DNA of 32,000 nt from Pseudomonas aeruginosa (GCF_001457615.1 NZ_LN831024.1:1560001-1592000); one strand, 5' to 3'; shown: positions 1 to 8,380, counted from the first letter of the stretch. Made by a program: numbers and translations. Notes: generated from the letters alone by a model not told the origin.

Positions 1-1302
1 GCCGAGATGGGCATCATCCCCCACGAGGCGGCGCGGGAGATCGACCGCGCCGCCCAGGTGGAGCGCTTCGACCTCACCCAACTGGGCCGCGAAAGCCTGG
101 AGACAGGGCACCTACTGGTGCCTACCATCCGCGCCCTGGCGAGGTCGTGCGAGGGTAGCTGGGGGGAGTACGTGCACTATGGCGTGACCACCCAGGACAT
201 CCTCGACACCGGGCTGATGCTGCAGGTCAAGGAAGCCTGGGGCCATGCGCTCGGGCTCCTGCACTCGATCCGTGGCCATCTGCTGGCGCTTGCCCTGCGC
301 CACCAGCACACGCCGATGGTTGCACGCACCCACGGGCAGCAGGCGCTGCCCACGACCTTCGGCTACAAGGTCGCCGTCTGGGTGGATGAAATCGACCGTC
401 ACCTGGCGCGCTTCGACGAAGCGCGCGAACGCGTCCTGGTCGGCAACCTGACCGGTGCCGTGGGAACCCTGGCGTCGTTCGGCGCCCAGGGCTTCGAGCT
501 ACAGCGGCGAACCCTGGCCAGGCTTGGCCTCGGCGCGCCGTCGACCAGTTGGCACAGCGCCCGGGACCGGGTGCTGGAGGTTGCCGGGTTGCTGGTCCAG
601 GTGTCGGTGACGCTGGGCCGGGTGGCGAACGAGATCTACCACCTGCAGCGCAGCGAAATCGACGAGGTACGCGAGGGCAGCCGGCCGGGACAGGTGGGCA
701 GCAGCACCATGCCGCACAAGCGGAACCCGTCGTCGGTCGACCTGGTCAGCGCGCTGTCGCGGCTGGTGCGGGCACAGATGGTGGCGCTCACCGATGCCGC
801 GTTCCAGTTGCACGAGCGCGACGGCACCGCCTGGCGCATCGAGTGGGCGGCGTTGCCGGAGCTGTTCGTCTACGCCGGCGCCTTGCTGACCCGCATGGAG
901 GCGGTGCTGGCCGAGGGGCTCGAGGTGCGCGAGGAACGCATGCGCGCCAACCTCGACCTGCTGGGTGGGCTGATCCTGTCGGAGCGGGTCATGCTCGCGC
1001 TGGCGGGGCAGTTCGGCAAGCAGACCGCCCACGAACTGCTCCATGAGATAACCCAGGCCTCCCAGCGGCAGGGCGTTCCGTTCCGCGAGGCGCTGCTCGG
1101 GCAGCCAAGGTTGCGCGGCTGTTTCAGCGCCGAGGCGCTCGAAGAACTGCTCGACCCCGTCGGCTACGTCGGCCTCGCCGCGGAGATGGTCGACCTGGTC
1201 GCCGGCAAACCACGAACCGGCGCGTCGGGCGACAGGCCCGAAGGCGCCGCCTCTTCCCAAGGAAATCCCGGTCAGTCCCAGTACGTGATGGAGGATAGGT
1301 GA
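1..1302 (+). CDS. flcC: Fumarase/aspartase/adenylosuccinate-lyase superfamily lyase, 5' end outside window (PA3517-like fluopsin C pathway lyase)
   Basis: Reading frame is open to nt 1, so the ATG at 7 is probably internal. It carries the superfamily signature GSSTMPHKRNP and is a clear paralogue of the next ORF. The stop TGA at 1300-1302 overlaps the next start (TGATG). The symbol comes from remembered synteny with PAO1 PA3515-PA3519 (flcA-E); the B/C assignment is from memory. Confidence 0.85.
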   Translation, partial: AEMGIIPHEAAREIDRAAQVERFDLTQLGRESLETGHLLVPTIRALARSCEGSWGEYVHYGVTTQDILDTGLMLQVKEAWGHALGLLHSIRGHLLALALRHQHTPMVARTHGQQALPTTFGYKVAVWVDEIDRHLARFDEARERVLVGNLTGAVGTLASFGAQGFELQRRTLARLGLGAPSTSWHSARDRVLEVAGLLVQVSVTLGRVANEIYHLQRSEIDEVREGSRPGQVGSSTMPHKRNPSSVDLVSALSRLVRAQMVALTDAAFQLHERDGTAWRIEWAALPELFVYAGALLTRMEAVLAEGLEVREERMRANLDLLGGLILSERVMLALAGQFGKQTAHELLHEITQASQRQGVPFREALLGQPRLRGCFSAEALEELLDPVGYVGLAAEMVDLVAGKPRTGASGDRPEGAASSQGNPGQSQYVMEDR

Positions 1303-2753
1303 TGGATGCTGAATCGCTGGAAATGCTTGCCCGTTCCTCGTGCACCGCGCATCCGCAGAGCTTCGGCGGCGCACCGGCCGAGTCGTCCTGCAAGCACGAA
1401 CACAGTCACATCGTTGACTCTAAAACCCATGGCGGCGGCTACGCCGGTCCGGTGAGCCGCCGGATCTTCTGTAGCCACTGCCGCCTGCAACGCTGGCTCG
1501 ACGTGGAGGCGGCGCTGGCGCTGGCGCAGGCCGATGTCGGCGTCATTCCGCCCGAGGCGGCGCTGGAGATCGCGAAGGCCGCCAGGCTTTCGGCCGTCGA
1601 CCTGCAGCAGATCGCCGACGGCGTGGCCAGCACCGGGCACTCGCTGATGCCCCTGCTGGGCGCGCTGCAAAGGAACTGCAGCCCCAGCGCGCGCGAGTAC
1701 GTGCATTTCGGCGCGACCACGCAGGATATCCAGGACACCGCGCAGTCCCTGGAAATGCGCGATGTGCTGGATGAAACGGAGCGGGCGCTGGACATCCTCC
1801 TGGACCGGCTCTCGGTGCTGGCGAGCGGGACCCGCAATGCGCTGATGGTCGCCAGGACCCACTCGATCCCGGCGTTGCCAACCACCTTCGGGCTGAAGGT
1901 GGCCGGCTGGATCGACGAGTTGCTGCGTCACCGCGAACGCCTGGGCGAGGCGCGCAAGCGGATCCTGGTGGTGCAACTGTTCGGCGGCGTGGGCACGATG
2001 GCCGCCTTCGGCGACGAGGCCATGCTCCTGCTCGAAAGCTTCGCGCGGCGGCTGTCGCTGGACGTGCCGCTGGCGGGTTGGCACGTGTCCCGCGACCGGG
2101 TTACCGAGTTCGTCAGCACCCTGGCCATGGTCACCGCGTCCCTGGCGCGGATCGCCGACGAGATCCGCACCCTGAACCGCTGGGAGATCGGCGAGCTGGA
2201 GGTGGGCTGGACGCAGCAGCAGATCGGTAGCAGCACCATGCCCCACAAGCGCAATCCGGAAGGCTGCGAGCAGGTCGTGGTGCTGGCCCGGCTGGCCAAG
2301 GCCCAGGTCCTGCTCGCGTTGGACGCCATGATCCTCGAGCACGAGCGGGACTACCGCGGCACGCGCCTGGAATGGTGTGCGGTGGCGGACGTTTCCCACT
2401 ATGCGCTGATGGCGCTGTCGCTGCTGACCGACACCATCGACGGGCTCACGGTCCACGACGAGACCATGGCGCGGACGGCGAATGCATACAGCGATGCGAT
2501 CTGTACCGAGGCGTTCGTCTTCGAGATGGCCAAGCAACTGGGCAAGAGCAGCGCTTACGAAATCATCTTCGAGATCACCCAGGCCTGCCAGCGCAAGCGG
2601 ATTCCGATGCGCCAGGCGCTCGAGTCGGATCCGCGGGTGGGCGCCGTCATGCCGAAGGAAACCCTGGCCAGGCTGTTCGAGCCGCGGACCCATCTCGGCA
2701 TGGCCGGGACCATCGTCGACAAGGTGCTGGACAAGGTCGCCAGCCACCACTGA
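1302..2753 (+). CDS. flcB: Fumarase/aspartase/adenylosuccinate-lyase superfamily lyase (PA3516-like fluopsin C pathway lyase)
   Basis: High GC3 through most of the ORF, with signature GSSTMPHKRNP. The ATG at 1302 overlaps the upstream stop by 1 nt; GTG 1299 is an alternative. The first ~50 codons are a Cys/His-containing extension with lower GC3, so the true start is uncertain (an in-frame GTG lies at 1452). Confidence 0.85.
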   Translation: MDAESLEMLARSSCTAHPQSFGGAPAESSCKHEHSHIVDSKTHGGGYAGPVSRRIFCSHCRLQRWLDVEAALALAQADVGVIPPEAALEIAKAARLSAVDLQQIADGVASTGHSLMPLLGALQRNCSPSAREYVHFGATTQDIQDTAQSLEMRDVLDETERALDILLDRLSVLASGTRNALMVARTHSIPALPTTFGLKVAGWIDELLRHRERLGEARKRILVVQLFGGVGTMAAFGDEAMLLLESFARRLSLDVPLAGWHVSRDRVTEFVSTLAMVTASLARIADEIRTLNRWEIGELEVGWTQQQIGSSTMPHKRNPEGCEQVVVLARLAKAQVLLALDAMILEHERDYRGTRLEWCAVADVSHYALMALSLLTDTIDGLTVHDETMARTANAYSDAICTEAFVFEMAKQLGKSSAYEIIFEITQACQRKRIPMRQALESDPRVGAVMPKETLARLFEPRTHLGMAGTIVDKVLDKVASHH

Positions 2754-2802
2754 ATCACCCGCCGCCAGAGGCGGCGGTACTGCACATCAACGGAGAACAA
2801 GA

Positions 2803-3876
2803 ATGACAAAGGCTAACGAGATCGAAACCGCGAAGGTCAAGCAGTTTTCAGCACGGATCATGGAGGACTACGGCAATACCCTGCGCGGCGCGATGCTCTA
2901 CATCGGCGACCGCCTGGGGCTGTTCAAGGCGCTCGCCCATGGCCAATGGGTGACCCTGGAAGAGCTGGCGCAGCAGACCGGCTACACCACCCGCTACCTG
3001 CGCGAATGGCTGGGCAGCATGGTCACCGGCAACTACCTGGCCTACGATCCGCAGAGCAGGAGCTATCGGTTGCCGGCCGAGTTCGTCCCGGTGCTCGCCG
3101 ACGAGGACTCGCCTTATTTCGCCGGCGGGATCATCCAGTTGAGCGTGCCCTTCGTGAGCATGGCGCCGAAGATCATCGAGGCCTTCCGCTGCGGCGGCGG
3201 TTGCCCCGAGGAATCCTTCCCGCTGGAAACCTGGGAAGGCATGGAGCGCATGACCATGCCCTGGTACAAGCACTTCCTCGTGCAGCACTGGATTCCTTCG
3301 CTGGATGGCGTCAAGGAAAAGCTCCAGGCGGGTGGCAGCGTGCTCGATTTCGGCTGCGGCAGCGGGCTGGCCGCGATCATGATGGCCAAGGCGTTCCCCG
3401 AAGCCCAGGTCTATGGCTGTGACTTCCACGCGCCGTCCATCGAACGCGCGCGGGCGAACGCCGAGGCCGCGGGGGTCGGCGACCGGGTGCGCTTCGAGGT
3501 CAGCGATTCCGATGCGCTGGCGGGCAAGAAGTTCGACTTCGTCACGACCTTCGTGGTCATCCACGACGCGACCGACCCGCAGCAGATGATGAAGGACCTG
3601 CGCGAGTCGACCGCCGACGATGGGACCTACCTGATGGTGGAACTCAACCTGTCGCAGGAACTGCACGAGAACATGAACCTGTTCGGTCGCGTGATGTACC
3701 CGCAGAGCACGCTGTATTGCATGACCTGTTCGCTGTCCCACGGCGGCGAGGGCCTCGGCGCCTTCATGGGCGAGGACCGCGCGCGGCAGATGGCCGAGGC
3801 CGCCGGCTTCAGTCGCTTCCGCAAGGTGCCTTCGGAGTGGCCGCCGCTGCCGGCGCTGTTCGAACTGCGACCCTGA
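2803..3876 (+). CDS. flcA: Class I SAM-dependent methyltransferase (PA3515-like)
   Basis: ATG at 2803 sits 7 nt after GGAG (2792-2795). SAM motif I VLDFGCGSG is present, with acidic residues downstream (YGCDFH). The track ORF start at 2482 is an in-frame upstream extension overlapping flcB. Confidence 0.9.
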   Translation: MTKANEIETAKVKQFSARIMEDYGNTLRGAMLYIGDRLGLFKALAHGQWVTLEELAQQTGYTTRYLREWLGSMVTGNYLAYDPQSRSYRLPAEFVPVLADEDSPYFAGGIIQLSVPFVSMAPKIIEAFRCGGGCPEESFPLETWEGMERMTMPWYKHFLVQHWIPSLDGVKEKLQAGGSVLDFGCGSGLAAIMMAKAFPEAQVYGCDFHAPSIERARANAEAAGVGDRVRFEVSDSDALAGKKFDFVTTFVVIHDATDPQQMMKDLRESTADDGTYLMVELNLSQELHENMNLFGRVMYPQSTLYCMTCSLSHGGEGLGAFMGEDRARQMAEAAGFSRFRKVPSEWPPLPALFELRP

Positions 3877-3916
3877 GGTTGCACGCCCGGAGTCGCCTGG
3901 CGCGGCTCCGGGGCGA

Positions 3917-3943
3917 GGGTGGCGTCCGCGGCGGACGCCACCC
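3917..3943 (+). terminator. GC-rich hairpin downstream of flcA (possible terminator without U-tract)
   Basis: GGGTGGCGTCC (3917-3927) pairs perfectly with GGACGCCACCC (3933-3943) around a 5-nt loop, 41 nt after the flcA stop. No T-run follows. Confidence 0.35.
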
Positions 3944-4128
3944 GCAGCCCGGTGTGTCCGGGACCGCCGCAGTCGTTTCGTCCCTGTCTGCCTCGGCCTG
4001 AAGTCTTCGCTGCGAAGACCCTCGTCCTTATATAAGCAGGGGAGTTGCTGCGAGCAGAGGTCGAGAGCCTGCGGCACTCGTTCAAGCGAGCGATGTGGCT
4101 GTCAGGAAACCTTCCCCTGTTACCGAAT

Positions 4129-4158
4129 GGAGCAATGTTGCTCCTTGTGTGTGCAACA
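4129..4158. promoter_or_regulatory. Overlapping inverted repeats, candidate upstream activator/operator site
   Basis: GGAGCAA-TG-TTGCTCC (4129-4144) overlaps TGTTGC-N11-GCAACA (4136-4158). The pair is centred about 180 bp upstream of the sigma54-like element at 4316. Confidence 0.2.
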
Positions 4159-4315
4159 ACGCCCCACTTCCCGGAAGCCTGGCGAACCGCGTGAAAACCG
4201 CTCGGAGCGCCTTTCGTCGCAGGATTCCTCGGTAATTCTCCGCGCTTTAATTCAACTCTCTGATTTTAAAAGTTTAATACTCGGAACAAGGCTGTTTCGC
4301 CGGTGAACTTTCATC

Positions 4316-4331
4316 TGGCATGGCTTCTGCA
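4316..4331 (+). promoter_or_regulatory. sigma54 (RpoN)-type -24/-12 promoter element upstream of the ABC/catabolic operon
   Basis: TGGCATGGCTTCTGCA compared with the consensus TGGCACG-N4-TTGCW. GG and GC are at the exact 10-nt spacing. It is correctly oriented, 58 nt upstream of the ATG at 4389, inside the only AT-rich island of the region. Confidence 0.4.
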
Positions 4332-4332
4332 A

Positions 4333-4367
4333 GTTTTATATTTAAAACGATGTTTCATATATAAAAC
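4333..4367. promoter_or_regulatory. Two tandem AT-rich palindromes (GTTT-N8-AAAC), candidate repressor operators (IclR?)
   Basis: GTTTTATATTTAAAAC (4333-4348; 7 of 8 base pairs symmetric) and GTTTCATATATAAAAC (4352-4367; 7 of 8 symmetric), 19 bp centre to centre. They begin 2 nt after the -12 element and span the predicted transcription start. A related site lies at 19010-19024. Confidence 0.4.
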
Positions 4368-4388
4368 AAGACAAGAGGCTTAGTCCAG

Positions 4389-5240
4389 ATGAGAGCGACG
4401 TCGTTGAGCATCCTCACTTCCGAGCATTCGCTACCTGTAGCCGCTCCTGCGGATAGCCGTCTCGAAATCGAATTCCGCGGCGTCGCCAAGCATTTTCCGG
4501 GCCGCGGCAAAAGCGCGGCGACCCTCGCGGTGCAGGGGCTCGACCTGGCCATCCGCCGCGGCGAGGTGGTGTCCATCATCGGGCCGTCCGGTTGCGGCAA
4601 GAGCACCCTGCTGAACATGGGGGCGGGTCTCTACGCACCCAGCGAAGGCGAGGTGCGGGTCGGCGGCGAGCGGGTCAGCGGTCCGGTACGCAAGGTCTCC
4701 TTCATGTTGCAGAAGGACCTGCTGATGCCCTGGCGCAGCATTCGCCGCAACATCGAGCTGGGCCTGGAGATCGACGGTCGCGCGGCCGGCGAACGGCGCG
4801 CCATCGCCGAGGAAATGCTGGAGAAGTGTCACCTCGCCGGTTTCGCCGAGCACTATCCGTTCCAGCTTTCCGGCGGCATGCGCCAACGCGCCGCCCTGGC
4901 CCGAACCCTGGCCACCGACCCGCAGGTGCTGTTCCTCGACGAGCCGTTCTCGGCCCTCGACGCGCAGACCAAGATGATCCTCCAGCAGGACCTGGCGCGG
5001 ATGCTCTGCGAGCAACGCAAGACCGCGCTGTTCATTACCCACGACCTGGTCGAGGCGATCGCCATGTCCGATCGCATCCTGGTGATGAGCGCGCGGCCGG
5101 GCACCATCGTCGAGGAGATCGAGGTCGGCCTGCCGCTGCGCGACAACCCGCTGGAGCGCCGCAAGCTGCCGGAGATCGGGCCGCTGGTCGGGCGCCTGAT
5201 GACCCTGCTGAAAGTGGGCGAGAGCGCCGAGCTGCACTGA
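4389..5240 (+). CDS. ABC transporter ATP-binding protein, NitT/TauT (sulfonate/nitrate/taurine) family
   Basis: Walker A GPSGCGKST, signature LSGGMRQR, Walker B LFLDEPFSALD, H-loop ITHD. AAGAGG lies 10 nt upstream of the ATG. Confidence 0.93.
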   Translation: MRATSLSILTSEHSLPVAAPADSRLEIEFRGVAKHFPGRGKSAATLAVQGLDLAIRRGEVVSIIGPSGCGKSTLLNMGAGLYAPSEGEVRVGGERVSGPVRKVSFMLQKDLLMPWRSIRRNIELGLEIDGRAAGERRAIAEEMLEKCHLAGFAEHYPFQLSGGMRQRAALARTLATDPQVLFLDEPFSALDAQTKMILQQDLARMLCEQRKTALFITHDLVEAIAMSDRILVMSARPGTIVEEIEVGLPLRDNPLERRKLPEIGPLVGRLMTLLKVGESAELH

Positions 5241-5280
5241 TCGCCGCCTGCCGATCCGAATTCCGTTACAGGAGCCGCTG

Positions 5281-6288
5281 ATGTCCAAGTCATTGCTCAA
5301 CGCCGCATTGTGCGGCGCGTTGTTCGCCGCCGGCCTGACCGTCCAGGCCGCCCCGCGGGAAGTCACCTACCTGCTGCCGGCACCGCCGAACTCGCCGGCC
5401 TTCGCACCCTGGGTGATCGCCCGGGAGAAGGGCTACTACGCCGACCTGGGCCTGAAGGTGACCTTCGTCGCCGGCAAGGGCGGGGTCGACGTGGCCAAGC
5501 AGATCGGCGCCGGCAACGCACCGGTCGGCGGCGCCATCGGCGATACGCCGATCGTGGTGCGCGCCAACGGCATCCCGGTGAAAGCCGTGGCGGTGCTCGG
5601 TGCCGGCGGGGTGACCATGATCGCCACCGATGGCACGGCCGGTATCGACAGCGTCAAGGACCTCAAGGGCAAGACCCTGACCGTGATGTCCTACTCCGAC
5701 ACCACCTACTACGCCCTGCTGGCGTCGATGCGCAAGGCTGGCCTGGGCAAGTCCGACGTGGACATCCAGGCGGCCGGCCCATCCGGCGTCTGGCAACTGT
5801 TCTCCGCCGGCCGCTCGCAGGCCATGGCCGGCGTGCCGGACTGGGTGGTGAGTGCCGAGGATGCCGGCCGGCAGGTGAAGTTGCTGCCGGGCAGCGAGGT
5901 GTTCGAGAGCATGGCCCAGGCGATCCTCGCCTCGGACGAGGCCATCGAGAAGCAGCCTGAGGTGGTCGGCGGGGTGGTCAGGGCGACCCTCATGGGCATG
6001 CGCGACATCATCGCCGACCCAAGGCAGGCCGCCGCCACCTTCGCTGCCGCGGTGCCCGCCTACAAGGGCCGCGAGGCCAGCCTGGAACGGGTCCTGCGGC
6101 TCTATGTCGAGCACGTCTACGCCAACCAGCAGCCGCTCGGGCACATCGATCCGCAGCGCCTGGACAAGGTTCGCAGGTTCTACGTCAGCGAAGGCATCGT
6201 CGGCCGCGAGACGCCGCTGGACGAGCTTTACACCAACCGTTTCGTCGAGTCCGCCGACCTGACCGCGCAGCACGGAGCCCGCCCATGA
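5281..6288 (+). CDS. Periplasmic substrate-binding protein, NMT1/SsuA-like (NitT/TauT family)
   Basis: Sec signal peptide ending VQA/AP. AGGAG lies 6 nt upstream. The size and Gly-rich binding-protein pattern fit SsuA/TauA/ThiY-type proteins. The stop overlaps the permease start (ATGA). Confidence 0.85.
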   Translation: MSKSLLNAALCGALFAAGLTVQAAPREVTYLLPAPPNSPAFAPWVIAREKGYYADLGLKVTFVAGKGGVDVAKQIGAGNAPVGGAIGDTPIVVRANGIPVKAVAVLGAGGVTMIATDGTAGIDSVKDLKGKTLTVMSYSDTTYYALLASMRKAGLGKSDVDIQAAGPSGVWQLFSAGRSQAMAGVPDWVVSAEDAGRQVKLLPGSEVFESMAQAILASDEAIEKQPEVVGGVVRATLMGMRDIIADPRQAAATFAAAVPAYKGREASLERVLRLYVEHVYANQQPLGHIDPQRLDKVRRFYVSEGIVGRETPLDELYTNRFVESADLTAQHGARP

Positions 6289-7061
6289 ACCTCTCCACCA
6301 GACCCTTGCTCGGCAGTCTCGCGCTGTTGTTCCTGTTCCTCGCTGCCTGGCAGTGGGGGCCCGGCCTGCTCGGCATGCCCGAGTTCGTCCTGCCGGGGCT
6401 GAGCCGGGTGGCGGCGGAGGGCGTGGCCATGTGGCACGGCGCCGGACTGCTGGAGCACACGGCGATCACCAGCCTGGAGATCGTCGTCGGTTTCGCCCTG
6501 GGCGCGCTGCTTGGCGTGAGCATCGGCGTTGCCCTCGGCCTGTCGCCGACCACCGAGGCCATGCTCTCGCCCTACATCCTGGCGCTGCAGATCGCGCCGA
6601 AGGTGGCCTTCGCCCCGCTGTTCGTGATGTGGCTGGGCTATACGGTGTACCCGAAGATCCTCATCGCCGTGCTGATCGTGTTCTTCCCGGTGATGATCAA
6701 CGTGCTCTCGGCCATCCGCACCGTCGACCCGGACATGATCAACCTGGTGCGCGCGATGAGCGCCAGCCGTTGGCAGATCTTCCGCCTGGTGGAGTTCCCC
6801 TCGGCGATGGCCGCGCTGTTCTCCGGCCTGCGCATCGCCTCCACCCTGGCGGTGATCGGCGTCACCGTCGGCGAGCTGGTGGGCGGCAACAAGGGCCTCG
6901 GCTTCCTGCTGGTGGATGCCGAAGGGCAGGGCAACACCGCCGGGGTGTTCGTCGCCATCGTCATGCTCACCCTGATCGGCGTGCTCGCCTATGGCGCGGT
7001 GGTCTGGGCCGAGAAGCGCGTCCTGCATTACCTGCCGAAAGCCAACCTGGGCACGGTGTGA
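6285..7061 (+). CDS. ABC transporter permease (BPD_transp_1, NitT/TauT family)
   Basis: Six predicted hydrophobic helices. An EAA-type loop is present (MSASRWQIFRLVEFPSAMAALFSGLRIA). The start is coupled to the upstream gene by an ATGA overlap. Confidence 0.9.
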   Translation: MNLSTRPLLGSLALLFLFLAAWQWGPGLLGMPEFVLPGLSRVAAEGVAMWHGAGLLEHTAITSLEIVVGFALGALLGVSIGVALGLSPTTEAMLSPYILALQIAPKVAFAPLFVMWLGYTVYPKILIAVLIVFFPVMINVLSAIRTVDPDMINLVRAMSASRWQIFRLVEFPSAMAALFSGLRIASTLAVIGVTVGELVGGNKGLGFLLVDAEGQGNTAGVFVAIVMLTLIGVLAYGAVVWAEKRVLHYLPKANLGTV

Positions 7062-7066
7062 ACGCC

Positions 7067-7828
7067 ATGAGCCAGAACTCTCTTCTCGACGGTCGCCGCG
7101 TGCTCCTCACCGGCGGCGCCCGCGGCCTCGGCTACGCCTTCGCCGAAGCGGCGGCACGCGCCGGCGCCCGGGTGGTGATCGCCGACATCCTGGAGGAACG
7201 CGTGCAGCGCTCCGCCCGTGAACTCGCCGAGCAGGGCCTGGATATCAGCGGCCTGCCACTGGACCTGGCCGACCCGGTTTCGATCGAGCGCTGCGTGGCC
7301 GCGGCGGTCGAGCGCCTGGGCGGTCTCGACGGCCTGGTGAACAACGCCTCCATCACCAACTCCGGCGGCAAGAGCTGCGAAGAACTGGAGATCGAGGTGT
7401 TCGACCGGGTGCTCCAGGTCAACGTGCGCGGCACCTGGCTGATGACCCGTGCCTGCCTGCCGGCGCTGCGCGAGTCCGGACGTGGCGCGGTGGTCAACCT
7501 GGCCTCCGACACCCCGCTGTGGGGCGCGCCCAACCTGCTCGCCTACAGCGCCAGCAAGGGCGCGCTGATCGCCATGACCCGCAGCCTGGCCCGCGAGCTG
7601 GGCGGCGACGGCATCACCGTCAACGCCATCGCTCCCGGACTGGTGGAGGTCGAGGCCACCGAGTACGTGCCGGCCGCCCGCCACCGGCTCTACCGCGAGC
7701 AGCGCGCGCTCCAGCGCGGCCAACAGCCGGCGGATGTCTGCGGCGCGGTGCTGTTCGCCCTTTCCGACCTTTCCCGCTTCATCACTGGACAAACCTTGCC
7801 GGTCAACGGCGGGTTCGTCATGCCCTGA
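7067..7828 (+). CDS. Classical short-chain dehydrogenase/reductase
   Basis: Motifs TGGARGLG, NNAS and the catalytic YSASK. The ATG lies 5 nt after the permease stop. The track ORF from 6353 is an upstream in-frame extension. Confidence 0.9.
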   Translation: MSQNSLLDGRRVLLTGGARGLGYAFAEAAARAGARVVIADILEERVQRSARELAEQGLDISGLPLDLADPVSIERCVAAAVERLGGLDGLVNNASITNSGGKSCEELEIEVFDRVLQVNVRGTWLMTRACLPALRESGRGAVVNLASDTPLWGAPNLLAYSASKGALIAMTRSLARELGGDGITVNAIAPGLVEVEATEYVPAARHRLYREQRALQRGQQPADVCGAVLFALSDLSRFITGQTLPVNGGFVMP

Positions 7829-7841
7829 TCCGGAGGACTCC

Positions 7842-8372
7842 ATGACCGATCTGAACCAGAACGCCCCGAAATCCTGGGACCGCCCCGAAGGCGCCAGCTT
7901 CGAGGAGTGGTGCAACACCCGCATCGCCCGTTACTCCACCCGCAAGTACGACTGGAACGCGCTGAAGTTCCAGGCCGACTACGACCCCAGGTTCCGCCGC
8001 GCGCAGATGCGCTACATCGGCACCGGCGGCACCGGTGTGGCCAGTGACATGAACACCATTCCGTCCGAGCACTTCACCTTTTCCACCATGGTCATCCCGG
8101 CGGGTCACGAAGGCCCGCCGCACCTGCACATCGACGTCGAGGAAGTGTTCTTCGTCCTGCGCGGCAAGCTCAAGGTGGTGCTGGAGAAGGACGGCGAGCG
8201 CTTCGAGACCATCCTCACCGACCGCGACGTGATTTCCGTGCCGCCGGGCGTGTACCGCGAGGAGATCAACATCGGCGACGAGGATGCGCTGATGTGCGTG
8301 ATGCTCGGTGCGAAGAAGCCGATCACCCCGACCTACCCGCCGGAGCACCCTCTGGCGAGCATCAAGCGCTGA
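7842..8372 (+). CDS. Cupin-domain protein (metal-binding, function unknown)
   Basis: GGAGGA lies 4 nt upstream of the ATG at 7842. Cupin motif 1 is AGHEGPPHLHIDVEEVFFVLRG. Motif 2 (PPGVYREEIN) lacks the usual His. Confidence 0.85.
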   Translation: MTDLNQNAPKSWDRPEGASFEEWCNTRIARYSTRKYDWNALKFQADYDPRFRRAQMRYIGTGGTGVASDMNTIPSEHFTFSTMVIPAGHEGPPHLHIDVEEVFFVLRGKLKVVLEKDGERFETILTDRDVISVPPGVYREEINIGDEDALMCVMLGAKKPITPTYPPEHPLASIKR

Positions 8373-8380
8373 GGCCGCCG

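Noticed and set aside
1272-2750. 492-aa ORF antisense to flcB. The same applies to 499-1374, 2848-4077, 4431-5366, 5290-6273 and 6228-7028 on the minus strand.
   Set aside because: These are mirror-frame ORFs expected in roughly 66% GC DNA where stop codons are rare. The translations are Arg/Gly/Ala/Pro/His-rich low-complexity sequence with no motifs. Each is fully shadowed by a sense-strand gene with clear family signatures.
2482-2802. Upstream in-frame extensions of real genes in the ORF track (2482 for flcA, 6353 for the SDR, 7734 for the cupin, 8294 for the hydrolase, 9817 for the SDR, 12411 for AspDH, 12752 for ALDH, 15742 for the small protein).
   Set aside because: The extensions overlap the preceding genes in another frame and are compositionally aberrant. 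Internal ATG/GTG codons with proper SD spacing give family-typical N-termini.
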